Origin: Alphaproteobacteria bacterium MedPE-SWcel
GTDB lineage: Bacteria > Pseudomonadota > Alphaproteobacteria > Rhodobacterales > Rhodobacteraceae
Assembly (NCBI GenBank): GCA_001874255.1
Contig: MPDC01000009.1
Location: 30,490 to 94,489 of the forward strand
Length of the DNA stretch: 64,000 nt
Direction: 5' to 3'
Below the pieces are notes generated by a model. That model was not told the DNA's origin and did not search any database. It saw only the letters and a program-made list of their open reading frames with translations. The translations under genes were made by a program, and so were the position numbers. This document shows positions 19,705 through 29,299 of this stretch, piece after piece (the first letter of the stretch is position 1; each line of letters opens with the position of its first letter).

Positions 19705-21221
19705 GCCAGCAGGCTCTTTCCGGTCATTTCCGCAGGCTGCGGCAACTGCATCAGCTCCAGCAGGGTCGGCGCCAGATCCGCCAGACGCCCATCCCGCAGG
19801 GTGGCTCCCTCCGGCCCGTTCACCAGCGCCACGGGCACGAGGTTTGTGGTATGCGCAGTATGTGCCCCGCCGGTGACCGGATCCACCATCAGCTCGCAAT
19901 TGCCGTGGTCGGCGGTCACGATCATGGTGCCGCCCGCCTTTTTCAAGGCTTCCACCACCTGCCCGAGGCCCTGGTCCACGGCCTCGCAAGCCTTGATTGC
20001 GGCCTGCAGGTCACCGGTGTGCCCCACCATGTCGGGGTTGGCGTAATTCGTCACGATCAGATCATAGCCGGCCGCGATCGCCTCGACGAATTTTTCGGTC
20101 ACCTCGGGCGCCGACATTTCCGGCTGCAGGTCGTAGGTCGCGACCTTGGGCGATTTCGGCATGGCCCGGTCTTCGCCGACTTCGGGGGTTTCCTTGCCAC
20201 CATTGAGGAAGAACGTCACATGCGGGTATTTCTCCGTCTCGGCCAGACGGAACTGACGTTTGCCCTGCTTTGCCACCCATTCGCCCAGCGTGTTGACGAT
20301 CGCCGTCTTGGGATAGGCCGTCGTCATATAGGCATTGTGGCCGTCGGAATATTCGACCATTCCCAGCAGCGCCGCCAGATTGGGGCGTGGGCCTGTGTCA
20401 AATTCGGCGAACTCGGGTTCACCAATGGCCCGCAGGATTTCCCGCGCCCGGTCGGCCCGGAAATTGAGGCAAAAGACTCCGTCGCCGTCCTGGATACCGT
20501 TGAAATCGCCGATCACCGTGGCTTTGACAAATTCATCCAGCTCATCGCGACCGTAGGAGGCCTCGACCGCTGCTGTTGCAGTGTCAGCCGTGAACTGGCC
20601 CCTGCCATGGACCATCGCCTCGTAGGCCTGCGCAACCCGGTCCCAGCGGTTGTCGCGATCCATCGCGTAGTAGCGCCCGGTGACGGTCGCAATCCTGGCC
20701 CCGGCCGCCATGCCCGCCTCAACCTGATCCAGATAGCCAAGCGCCGATTTCGGCGCCACGTCGCGCCCGTCGGTCATCGCATGCAACCAGACCGGCACGC
20801 CCGCGTCCGCAATCGCCCTGATCGCGGCGAGGATATGGGTCACATGGCCATGCACGCCGCCATCGGAAACCAGCCCCATCAGATGCGCCGCGCCACCGGT
20901 CTTTTTCAGCGTCGCGATGAACGCCTGCAGAGCATCATTCTCGAAAAACGACCCATCCTCGATCGCGAGGTCGATCTGACCGAGATCCATCGCCACCACC
21001 CGGCCCGCGCCGATATTGGTATGCCCCACCTCGGAGTTGCCCATCTGCCCGCGCGGCAGGCCCACATCGGGGCCATGCGTGATCAGCCTGGCCATGGGGC
21101 TCTCGACCGTGATCGCATCCAGCGTCGGGGTCTTCGCCAGATAGGGCGCATTTGCGGGGCCCGGCTCGGCACTGCCCCAGCCATCGAGAATGCAAAGGAC
21201 AACGGGTTTGGGTGCGGGCAT
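19701..21221 (-). CDS. gpmI: 2,3-bisphosphoglycerate-independent phosphoglycerate mutase
   Basis: ILDGWG, GQMGNSEVGH, GRYYAMDRD, AETEKYPHVTFF, NPDMVGHTG and TADHGN. Confidence 0.97.
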   Translation of the reverse strand: MPAPKPVVLCILDGWGSAEPGPANAPYLAKTPTLDAITVESPMARLITHGPDVGLPRGQMGNSEVGHTNIGAGRVVAMDLGQIDLAIEDGSFFENDALQAFIATLKKTGGAAHLMGLVSDGGVHGHVTHILAAIRAIADAGVPVWLHAMTDGRDVAPKSALGYLDQVEAGMAAGARIATVTGRYYAMDRDNRWDRVAQAYEAMVHGRGQFTADTATAAVEASYGRDELDEFVKATVIGDFNGIQDGDGVFCLNFRADRAREILRAIGEPEFAEFDTGPRPNLAALLGMVEYSDGHNAYMTTAYPKTAIVNTLGEWVAKQGKRQFRLAETEKYPHVTFFLNGGKETPEVGEDRAMPKSPKVATYDLQPEMSAPEVTEKFVEAIAAGYDLIVTNYANPDMVGHTGDLQAAIKACEAVDQGLGQVVEALKKAGGTMIVTADHGNCELMVDPVTGGAHTAHTTNLVPVALVNGPEGATLRDGRLADLAPTLLELMQLPQPAEMTGKSLLA

Positions 21222-21354
21222 GTCACATCTCCGTGCGGTGATCGTGGTTTACGGCCGGTTCTACAGGCAGACGCGCGGTTGGGAAACCGGGGATGCGCGT
21301 GTTTGGCAGCCTTTTGCGCGCCATGGACACCGCCGGGGGCCTGTCAGACGGTCA

Positions 21355-24258
21355 TCAGCTGCCCGGCGGTGTCAACCGATCCCGAAGCAGGGCCAGAGGA
21401 TGCGCCTTCAGGCTGAGGCGCATGGCGACATAGTCCTCCACCACTTCCTCGCCGAGGGTCATCTTCGGCAGGTTGGCCTCAGGCTCATCGATGATTTCGC
21501 CATCAATCTCGCGCGAGAACAGCGGCAGGGGCTTTGCCGCCGACACCGCCTTGGCCGCCCAGAGCGCCTCTCGACGGTTCAGGCCCAAGCTGGCAAAGGC
21601 GTCCGCCTCTGCCAGCCGCTCGATCACCCGTGGCGCCAGCCCTGCCTTGCGCCAGACATCCTCTACCGTGTGATAGCCATTGCCGCGGGCCGCCGTCAGC
21701 CAGCCCGCGTCCTCTTCCGATATCCCCTTGATCTGCCGGAACCCCAGCCGCAGAGCCAACCCGCCACGCGCGTCGGGCTCCATCACATTGTCCCAATAGG
21801 AGCTGTTGATGCAAATCGGCCGGACATCGACCTGATGTTCCCGCGCATCCCGCACGATCTGCGCCGGGGCGTAAAATCCCATTGGCTGCGCATTCAGCAA
21901 CGCACAGGCAAAGATGCCGGGGTGATGGCATTTGATCCAGGCCGAGGCATAGACCAGCAGCGCGAAACTTGCCGCGTGACTTTCGGGGAAACCGTAGGCG
22001 CCGAAGCCCTCGATCTGGGAAAAACATCGCTCGGAAAATTCCGCGTCATAGCCGTTTTTCGCCATGCCCCGCAGAAACAGGGAGCGGAATTCGCTGACCG
22101 AGCCGTGTTTCTTGAAGGTCGCAAGCGACCGGCGCAGGCGATCGGCCTGTTCCGGTGTGAAACCCGCACCGACCATGGCAATCTGCATTGCCTGCTCCTG
22201 GAACAGCGGCACGCCAAGGGTCTTTCCAAGCACCTCGCCCAACGCATCCGACGGGAAAGAGACCGGCTCCTCGCCATTGCGACGCCGGATATAGGGATGC
22301 ACCATATCGCCCTGGATCGGCCCCGGACGGATGATCGCAACCTCGATCACCAGATCATAGAAATCCCGTGGCCGCATCCGTGGCAAGAAGTTCATCTGCG
22401 CCCGGCTTTCCACCTGAAACACACCGATGCTGTCGGCGCGACAGAGCATGTCATAGACTCGCGGATCTTCTGTCGGCAGGGTGGCGAGGGTGAAATCCTG
22501 CCGCAAATGCTGGTGCATCAGGTCAAACGCCTTGCGGATGCAGGTCAGCATGCCGAGGCTCAGCACGTCGACCTTGAGAATGCCCAATGCGTCGATATCG
22601 TCCTTGTCCCAGCAGATGACTGTGCGCCCCTCCATGCTGGCATTCTCGATCGGGACCAGTTCATCCAACCTGCCTTCGGTAATGACGAAACCGCCCACAT
22701 GCTGGCTCAGGTGACGGGGAAAGCCGATGATCTCCTCGACCAGCGCCATGGTCTGGATCAGTCGCCGGTCGGTGGGATCAAGGCCGATTTCACGCATCCG
22801 CTCCGCTTCGAGTCCCTGCGTCGTGAAAGACCCCCAAAGCTGGGAAGACAGCGCCGAGATGGTATCCTCGCTCAGCCCCATGGCGCGGCCCACCTCGCGA
22901 ATGGCGCGTTTGCCACGATAGTGGATCACCGTGGCACAGAGCCCCGCGCGGTGGCGCCCGTAGCGGTCATAGATCCACTGGATCACCTCCTCGCGCCGCT
23001 CGTGTTCGAAGTCCACGTCAATGTCCGGCGGCTCGTCGCGGGCTTCGGAAATGAACCGTTCGAAGACCATGGTGCCGATCTCGGGCGAGATGGAGGTGAT
23101 GCCGAGACAATAGCACAGGACCGAATTCGCCGCCGAGCCGCGCCCCTGGCACAGAATATCGCGGGAGCGGGCAAAGGCGACAATATCATTGACGGTGAGG
23201 AAATAGGCTTCGTATTTCAGCTTCGCGATCAGGGCCAGCTCGTGAGACAGCATCTGCTGCACCTGGGGGGTTGCCCCGCCCGGATAGCGCCATTTCAGGC
23301 CCGCATGCGCAAGGCGATGCAGGCGGTCGGCCGGGGTCTCGCCCTGACCTTCATCCGGATAGTCATAGCGCAGTTCATCCAGGCTGAAATTCAGCGTGCC
23401 CGCAAGGTCAGCAGCGCGGGTCACAGCCTCCTCGTAGCCTGCAAATATCCGGTACATCTCCGCTTCCGACCGCAGGCGCTGCTCCGCATTGGCCAGTGCA
23501 TTTCGCCCCAGGGCCTCGACCCGGAGACCGAGCCGGATGGCCGACAGCACATCCCCCAGACGGCGGCGGCTGCCGTGATGCAGGCGCGGTGCGGCCGCCG
23601 CCAGCGTCGGCAGGCCAAGCCGCCCGGCCACCTCTGTCAGCGCCGCAAACCGCTCCGTATCGGCGCCATCGTAGCCGGGCGCCATCAACAGATGCATGCG
23701 CCCGGCAAAGCGGCGCGTCAGAGCGCCCATATGCGGCCCCCATCCATACGCGCCGCATGGCAAGGGATGCGATTGTGGCACCAGAAGCAGGTGGAGATCC
23801 TGCGCGTGATCCAAAAGATCCTGCACGTTCAATATGCAAGACCCCTTCTCCGCCCGCAGCCGCCCCCTGGACACAAGCCGTGAGAGCCCTCCCCAGCCAA
23901 TGCGGGTCCGGGGCAGGACAATCACATCGGGTGCGTCTGTGAACACCAGCCGGGCGGCGGGAATCAGACGCGGCACCGCATGGATCGGGAAGCTCTCGCC
24001 ACCGGACCCATTCGCAAGAGGGTCAGGGCAGGGCGGACCAATCATCGTATGCGCACGCTCCCAGGCTTGTCGCTCCTGAACTCGCCGCGCGATGTCGCGC
24101 ACCGCCACATGCGCCCGCACAATCCCCGCAACCGAGTTCTCATCCGCGATTGCCACCCCTGCAATGCCAAGCTCCAGCGCCCGCGTCACGTACTCCTCGG
24201 GATGAGACGCCCCAGTCAGGAACGTGAAATTGGAAAGACAGGCGAACTCGACAAACAT
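21355..24258 (-). CDS. dnaE2: Error-prone DNA polymerase DnaE2 (ImuC), C-terminally short
   Basis: SNFTFLTGASHPEE PHP start, GRGSAANS, PPDIDVDFEHERRE, KVDVLSLG and YGFPESHAASFA. Confidence 0.93.
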   Translation of the reverse strand: MFVEFACLSNFTFLTGASHPEEYVTRALELGIAGVAIADENSVAGIVRAHVAVRDIARRVQERQAWERAHTMIGPPCPDPLANGSGGESFPIHAVPRLIPAARLVFTDAPDVIVLPRTRIGWGGLSRLVSRGRLRAEKGSCILNVQDLLDHAQDLHLLLVPQSHPLPCGAYGWGPHMGALTRRFAGRMHLLMAPGYDGADTERFAALTEVAGRLGLPTLAAAAPRLHHGSRRRLGDVLSAIRLGLRVEALGRNALANAEQRLRSEAEMYRIFAGYEEAVTRAADLAGTLNFSLDELRYDYPDEGQGETPADRLHRLAHAGLKWRYPGGATPQVQQMLSHELALIAKLKYEAYFLTVNDIVAFARSRDILCQGRGSAANSVLCYCLGITSISPEIGTMVFERFISEARDEPPDIDVDFEHERREEVIQWIYDRYGRHRAGLCATVIHYRGKRAIREVGRAMGLSEDTISALSSQLWGSFTTQGLEAERMREIGLDPTDRRLIQTMALVEEIIGFPRHLSQHVGGFVITEGRLDELVPIENASMEGRTVICWDKDDIDALGILKVDVLSLGMLTCIRKAFDLMHQHLRQDFTLATLPTEDPRVYDMLCRADSIGVFQVESRAQMNFLPRMRPRDFYDLVIEVAIIRPGPIQGDMVHPYIRRRNGEEPVSFPSDALGEVLGKTLGVPLFQEQAMQIAMVGAGFTPEQADRLRRSLATFKKHGSVSEFRSLFLRGMAKNGYDAEFSERCFSQIEGFGAYGFPESHAASFALLVYASAWIKCHHPGIFACALLNAQPMGFYAPAQIVRDAREHQVDVRPICINSSYWDNVMEPDARGGLALRLGFRQIKGISEEDAGWLTAARGNGYHTVEDVWRKAGLAPRVIERLAEADAFASLGLNRREALWAAKAVSAAKPLPLFSREIDGEIIDEPEANLPKMTLGEEVVEDYVAMRLSLKAHPLALLRDRLTPPGS

Positions 24259-24268
24259 GCCCCATTGT

Positions 24269-24283
24269 ATTCCCGTTTTGTTC
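24269..24283 (-). promoter_or_regulatory. LexA (SOS) box upstream of dnaE2
   Basis: Minus strand GAAC-AAAACGG-GAAT, one mismatch to alphaproteobacterial GAAC-N7-GAAC, 10 bp upstream of the dnaE2 ATG. Confidence 0.8.
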
Positions 24284-24313
24284 CGTTCGCGAGTCCCGCC
24301 ACGATCTCCCCTT

Positions 24314-24386
24314 CAGCGCGCCGCAGGCGCGCTGCCAAGCCCAACGGGCGAGGTTGCATTTTCAATGCAATCGAGACGGGCGGGAG
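24314..24386 (+). repeat. Dispersed palindromic (REP-like) element, copy 1
   Basis: Hairpin CAGCGCGCC-GCA-GGCGCGCTG followed by GCCCAACGGGCGAGGTTGCATTTTCAATGCAATCGAGACGGGCGGGAG, near-identical to 62234-62280. Confidence 0.85.
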
Positions 24387-24470
24387 AGCAACCGAACCCG
24401 CAGGATCCGGGTCGATCCTTTGGATTTCTGCGTTGATACTCAAAGCGTAACATCACCGAAGGTCTCTCAC

Positions 24471-24932
24471 ATGCCCCATATTGTCGCCATGCCCACCGAA
24501 ACCGTCCGCGCATATCAGGCAGGTCAGCCAGACGCCCATGGCCAAACACCGGAACGCGCCCTGTCCGATGGCGGCGGCAATCCCTGCCGCCATTGCCTCC
24601 GGTATATTCCCAAGGGGGCAGAGATGCTGATTCTCGCCCATCGCCCGTTTCCCACGCTGCACCCATACGCCGAAACCGGGCCAATCTTTCTCTGCGCCGC
24701 GGCCTGCGCGCGTCACAATGGAGACAGCCTGCCAGAGGTATTCACCCGTTCGCCTGACTATCTGATCAAGGGCTACTCGGCAGAGGACCGCATCCTATAC
24801 GGCACAGGTGCCGTGATCGCAAAAGACCGAATACTGAACGCCGCCGAAGAGATCTTTTCCGACCCCAAGGTGCGCTATATCCATATCCGATCCGCGCGGA
24901 ACAACTGCTATCAGGCCCGGATCGAACGATAG
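24471..24932 (+). CDS. DUF1203 domain protein
   Basis: GNPCRHCL, AHRPF, PYAETGPIFLC and YIHIRSARNNCY motifs. Confidence 0.85.
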   Translation: MPHIVAMPTETVRAYQAGQPDAHGQTPERALSDGGGNPCRHCLRYIPKGAEMLILAHRPFPTLHPYAETGPIFLCAAACARHNGDSLPEVFTRSPDYLIKGYSAEDRILYGTGAVIAKDRILNAAEEIFSDPKVRYIHIRSARNNCYQARIER

Positions 24933-25028
24933 GCGTCGCGCCAGCTGCAGGCCGCGCGATTCAGCGAGGTCAAAACGCAGCCCCCTCGGGCAGCATCGCC
25001 ATCACCGGAACCGGCGGCCTGCACGGTG

Positions 25029-25958
25029 TTATCTGGATTTGGTCAATGCGAGGAAGACATCCTCGAGATCGGCCTCTTCGGTTTTGACGTCCCGAATGGA
25101 AATACCCGCAGCCCGCACCGCTTCCAGCACGGCCTCGGCGCTGGTTTCATTGCTGTGGTAGCGCAGAACGACGGCACCGTCAGCGCGCGTCTCGGCCTCG
25201 ATGCCGGGTCCGATCGGCAGCGTGCTCACGCGCGCGGCCGGCTGCACCACCATGGCCCGCGCATCGAGACGACCAAGCAGGTTGACGGTCGAATCCCGCG
25301 CCACCACTTCGCCCTGGTTGATGATGGCGATTTCGTCGCACATCTCCTGCGCTTCTTCGAGGTAATGGGTGGTGAGAATGATCGTCATGCCCTGCGCGTT
25401 CAATTTGCGCACGTTTTCCCAAAGCATCTGGCGCAGCTCAATGTCAACGCCAGCCGTCGGCTCGTCAAGGACGAGGATATTGGGCCGGTGGACAAGCGCC
25501 TTGCCCAGGAGCAGGCGCCGCCGCATACCGCCGGACAGGGTCCTGGCATAGGCCTCGGCCTTGTCTTCCAGACCGATCAGCTTCAGGATGCCGTCGCTGT
25601 CACGCTCGGCTTTTGGCACTCCGTAAAGTCCCGCCTGGACCTCCAGCGCGCCACGCGGAGTGAAGAATGGATCGAGGTTCAGCTCCTGCGGCATCACTCC
25701 GATGGAGGCGCGGCTTTGACGCGGGTTTTCATCCTGGTCAAAGCCCCAGATGGTGACCTTGCCTGCCGTTTTCAGTACCAGACCCGCAAGAATATTGATC
25801 AGCGTCGACTTTCCCGCACCATTCGGCCCCAACAGGCCAAAGACCGATCCGCGCGGCACGGTCAGATCGATGCCTTTCAGTGCGTTTTTCTCCGGCTGAC
25901 CTTTGCGCCCCCTGTAGGTTTTACGCAAAGCTTCTATTCGGATTGCCTCGTCAGTCAT
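25029..25958 (-). CDS. ABC-2 type transporter ATP-binding protein
   Basis: Walker A GPNGAGKS, signature LSGGM and Walker B ILVLDEP are all intact. Confidence 0.92.
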   Translation of the reverse strand: MTDEAIRIEALRKTYRGRKGQPEKNALKGIDLTVPRGSVFGLLGPNGAGKSTLINILAGLVLKTAGKVTIWGFDQDENPRQSRASIGVMPQELNLDPFFTPRGALEVQAGLYGVPKAERDSDGILKLIGLEDKAEAYARTLSGGMRRRLLLGKALVHRPNILVLDEPTAGVDIELRQMLWENVRKLNAQGMTIILTTHYLEEAQEMCDEIAIINQGEVVARDSTVNLLGRLDARAMVVQPAARVSTLPIGPGIEAETRADGAVVLRYHSNETSAEAVLEAVRAAGISIRDVKTEEADLEDVFLALTKSR

Positions 25959-26028
25959 CGCGGCTCTTGCCCCCGGTTTTGCCATGGCTCATAAAGCCAC
26001 TACCGCATTAGCCAGAGGACTGCCAGCG

Positions 26029-26208
26029 ATGACCATTGAAGCGCCGGAAACCAAAATCGTGGACAGTTACCGCGTCGCCTGCGACGGCAGCGAAGGCGCA
26101 TTGGGCCACCCCCGGGTCTATCTTCAGATCCCGGAAGACAGCGGGTTCGTGGAATGCCCCTATTGTGACTGCAAATTCGTGCACAGGGATTTTGAAGGCA
26201 AAGCCTGA
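26029..26208 (+). CDS. Small zinc-finger protein (zf-CHCC / NDUFS6-like)
   Basis: VACDG...LGHPRVYL...ECPYC; GAGGA before ATG 26029. Confidence 0.88.
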   Translation: MTIEAPETKIVDSYRVACDGSEGALGHPRVYLQIPEDSGFVECPYCDCKFVHRDFEGKA

Positions 26209-26256
26209 ACGCTCAGCCCGTGTTTCACAAGACCTGCCAACGGTCGGGAACCGGCA

Positions 26257-26316
26257 GGGGGCTCTGCCCCCTCGGCTGACGCCTTCACCCCCGAGGTATT
26301 TCCCGTCAGGTGAAAG
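26257..26316. repeat. REP-like double-hairpin element (single copy in window)
   Basis: GGGGGC-TCT-GCCCCC hairpin, then CCTCGG...CCGAGG stem and TATTT...GGTGAAAG tail; resembles an intergenic repeat I recall from Rhodobacteraceae genomes. Confidence 0.55.
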
Positions 26317-26421
26317 GGTGAGGCTGTGATATTGGCACCGTTGAGCGATTGCATGCGCGTCAGGGATCACGGATAAGGTGGACCGGACCAATTGGGAAAC
26401 GACCTTGGGGGCGCGCGATCC

Positions 26422-29241
26422 ATGACAACTGCTGACACCACGGGCACATTCGGCAAGGGGTGCCACCTGCACCTGATCGACGGCTCCGCCTTTATCTTTC
26501 GCGCCTACCATGCGCTGCCCCCGTTGACGCGGAAATCGGATGGCCTGCCGATTGGCGCGGTTGCCGGGTTTTGCAATATGCTGCACCGCTATGTGGAGGG
26601 CAATACCGGCCCCGATGCGCCGACCCATGCAGCGGTGATATTCGACCATTCCGGCAAGTCCTTTCGCAACGATCTCTATGATCTGTACAAGGCCAACCGC
26701 CCGCCCACACCAGAAGATCTGGCGCCCCAGTTTCCGCTGACGCGCGATGCCACCCGCGCCTTCAATATCTCCTGCAAAGAAGTCGAAGGCTATGAGGCGG
26801 ATGACATTATCGCCACATTGGCCTGCCGCGCGCGCGAAGCCGGGGGCCGTGTGACCATCATCTCGTCCGACAAGGACCTGATGCAACTGGTTGGCGGCGG
26901 CGTCGAAATGCTGGACGCCATGAAGAACCAGCGCATCGACTCGGACGGGGTGCATGCGAAATTCGGTGTTGGACCGGAACGGGTTGTGGACGTGCAGGCT
27001 CTGGCGGGGGACAGCGTCGACAATGTCCCCGGCGCCCCCGGGATCGGGATCAAGACTGCGGCCCTGCTGATCAATGAGTTCGGCAGCCTCGAAGAGCTGC
27101 TGGACCGTGCCGGGGAGATCAAGCAACCCAAGCGCCGCCAGACCCTGATTGAAAAACGCGACCAGATCGAAATGTCCAAAACACTGGTTCAGCTTGACTG
27201 CGACATGGCGTTGGATTTCACCCTAGAGGAACTGGCGGTTCAGGATCCCGATCCTGACACCCTGTTGGGTTTTCTGTCGGAAATGGAGTTTCGCACCCTG
27301 TCCAAACGGCTGGCCACCCAGCTCGGGGTGGAGGCGCCAACTATTGCGGACGCACCAGCGCAAAGCGCGACGGCCCCGACCGCACCAGAATCTCCGGGTT
27401 TCGATACCGCCAGCTATACGACTGTCCGCGACGCCAAAACGCTGCAGCAATGGATCGACCAGATCCGCGAGCATGGCTATGTCGCCGTGGATACCGAGAC
27501 GACAGGGCTCGACGAAATGGTCGCGGATCTGGTGGGGATTTCGCTCTGTGTCCTGCCGGGGCAGGCCTGCTATGTGCCGCTCACCCACAAGGCCGGCAGT
27601 TCGGACGACCTGTTCGGCTCCGACGACCTGGCCGACGGGCAGATGCCCCTCGCGCAAGCGCTGGAGATGCTGAAACCGGTGCTTGAGGATGACGCCATCC
27701 TCAAGATCGGGCAGAACATGAAATACGATGCCAAGATCTTTGTACGCAATGGCATCGAAGTGGGCCCCATCGACGATACCATGCTGTTGTCCTATGCCCT
27801 CAACGCAGGGCTTCATGGCCACGGCATGGACACCCTGTCCGAGCGCTATCTCGACCATCAGCCGATCCCGATCAAATCGCTGCTGGGGAGCGGCAAATCG
27901 GCGATCACTTTTGACCGGGTGCCGGTTGCGGACGCAGCGCCCTATGCTGCGGAAGATGCCGACATCACCCTGCGGCTCTGGCAGCACTTCAAACCGCAAT
28001 TGCATCAGAAACAGGTCACCACTGTATACGAGACGCTGGAGCGGCCCCTGGTGCCGGTCCTGGCGCAGATGGAGCGGCACGGGATCAAGGTTGACCGGGA
28101 CACGCTCAGCCGCATGTCAAACGCGTTTTCTCAGAAAATGGCGGCGTTGGAGGATGAAATCCACGGGCTGGCGGGCGAGAGCTTCAACGTCGGCTCACCA
28201 AAGCAATTGGGCGAGATCCTCTTTGACAAGATGTCCCTGCCCGGTGGCAAGAAGGGTAAGACCGGAGCCTATGCCACCGGCGCCGATATTCTCGAAGATC
28301 TCGCGACCGAACATGAACTGCCGGCGCGGATACTGGACTGGCGGCAATTGTCGAAATTGAAGTCGACCTATACCGACGCCCTGCAGGACCACATCAATCC
28401 CGACACGGGCCGCGTGCACACGTCCTATTTGCAGACCGGCGCCAATACGGGCCGGATGGCCTCCTCCGATCCCAATCTGCAGAACATCCCCGTGCGCAGC
28501 GAAGAAGGTCGCCGCATCCGCGAGGCTTTTGTCGCGGAAGAGGGCAACGTGCTGCTGTCGCTTGACTATTCACAGATCGAGTTGCGAATCCTGGCCCATG
28601 TGGCAGGGATTGGCGCGCTGAAACAGGCCTTTGCCGACGGCCACGACATTCACGCCATGACCGCCTCCGAAGTGTTCGACGTGCCGCTGGAGGAGATGAC
28701 GCCGGATATTCGGCGCAAGGCAAAGGCAATCAACTTTGGCGTGATCTATGGCATCTCGGGCTTCGGGCTGGCCCGCAACCTTCGCATTCCGCGCAGCGAG
28801 GCGCAGGGGTTTATCGACCGCTATTTCGAACGCTTCCCCGGCATTCGTCAGTATATGGATGACACCGTCGCCTTCGCCAAGGACCACGGCTATGTGCAGA
28901 CGCTGTTTGGCCGCAAGATCCACACACCTGAAATCGCCGCCAAAGGCCCGCGCGCCAGCTTTGCCAAACGGGCGGCGATCAACGCGCCGATCCAGGGTAC
29001 GGCGGCCGATGTGATCCGGCGCGCCATGGTGCGTATGCCCGAGGCCATTGCCCATCTTCCTGCGCGGATGTTGTTGCAGGTTCACGACGAATTGCTGTTC
29101 GAGGTGCCCGAAGACCACGTCGAGGAGACGATCGAGACCGCGCGCAAGATCATGGAAGGCGCAGCGGATCCCGCGGTTCATATGGATGTGCCGCTGGTCG
29201 TCGAGGCCGGTCGTGGCAAGAACTGGGCCGAGGCGCACTGA
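26422..29241 (+). CDS. polA: DNA polymerase I
   Basis: 5' nuclease LIDGSAFIFRAYHA, 3'-5' exonuclease VDTETTGL, polymerase motifs DYSQIELR, KAINFGVIYG and QVHDEL. Confidence 0.98.
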   Translation: MTTADTTGTFGKGCHLHLIDGSAFIFRAYHALPPLTRKSDGLPIGAVAGFCNMLHRYVEGNTGPDAPTHAAVIFDHSGKSFRNDLYDLYKANRPPTPEDLAPQFPLTRDATRAFNISCKEVEGYEADDIIATLACRAREAGGRVTIISSDKDLMQLVGGGVEMLDAMKNQRIDSDGVHAKFGVGPERVVDVQALAGDSVDNVPGAPGIGIKTAALLINEFGSLEELLDRAGEIKQPKRRQTLIEKRDQIEMSKTLVQLDCDMALDFTLEELAVQDPDPDTLLGFLSEMEFRTLSKRLATQLGVEAPTIADAPAQSATAPTAPESPGFDTASYTTVRDAKTLQQWIDQIREHGYVAVDTETTGLDEMVADLVGISLCVLPGQACYVPLTHKAGSSDDLFGSDDLADGQMPLAQALEMLKPVLEDDAILKIGQNMKYDAKIFVRNGIEVGPIDDTMLLSYALNAGLHGHGMDTLSERYLDHQPIPIKSLLGSGKSAITFDRVPVADAAPYAAEDADITLRLWQHFKPQLHQKQVTTVYETLERPLVPVLAQMERHGIKVDRDTLSRMSNAFSQKMAALEDEIHGLAGESFNVGSPKQLGEILFDKMSLPGGKKGKTGAYATGADILEDLATEHELPARILDWRQLSKLKSTYTDALQDHINPDTGRVHTSYLQTGANTGRMASSDPNLQNIPVRSEEGRRIREAFVAEEGNVLLSLDYSQIELRILAHVAGIGALKQAFADGHDIHAMTASEVFDVPLEEMTPDIRRKAKAINFGVIYGISGFGLARNLRIPRSEAQGFIDRYFERFPGIRQYMDDTVAFAKDHGYVQTLFGRKIHTPEIAAKGPRASFAKRAAINAPIQGTAADVIRRAMVRMPEAIAHLPARMLLQVHDELLFEVPEDHVEETIETARKIMEGAADPAVHMDVPLVVEAGRGKNWAEAH

Positions 29242-29299
29242 CGAACCGTCAACCGTGCCGATGTCGCGGTGCAAGGGGGCGTCCTGCCCGTGCAGGCGA

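Noticed and set aside
21222-21354. Frameshifted remainder of the DnaE2 C-terminus
   Set aside because: There are only 133 bp before gpmI, with no OB-like or RDF-like sequence in any frame I read.
21190-23883. 897-aa + strand ORF (and similar long ORFs at 11110-13116, 34090-35859, 41099-42916, 44234-45595 and 49165-51402)
   Set aside because: These are antisense shadows of well-supported genes; stop-codon scarcity is expected at high GC, and no recognisable motifs are present.
24383-24470. Glycine riboswitch (GGAGAG ... CACCGAAGG ... CTCTC)
   Set aside because: The spacing between CCGAAGG and CTCTC is too short, the CUCUCAGG end is absent, GGAGAG belongs to the dispersed repeat, and the downstream gene is unrelated.
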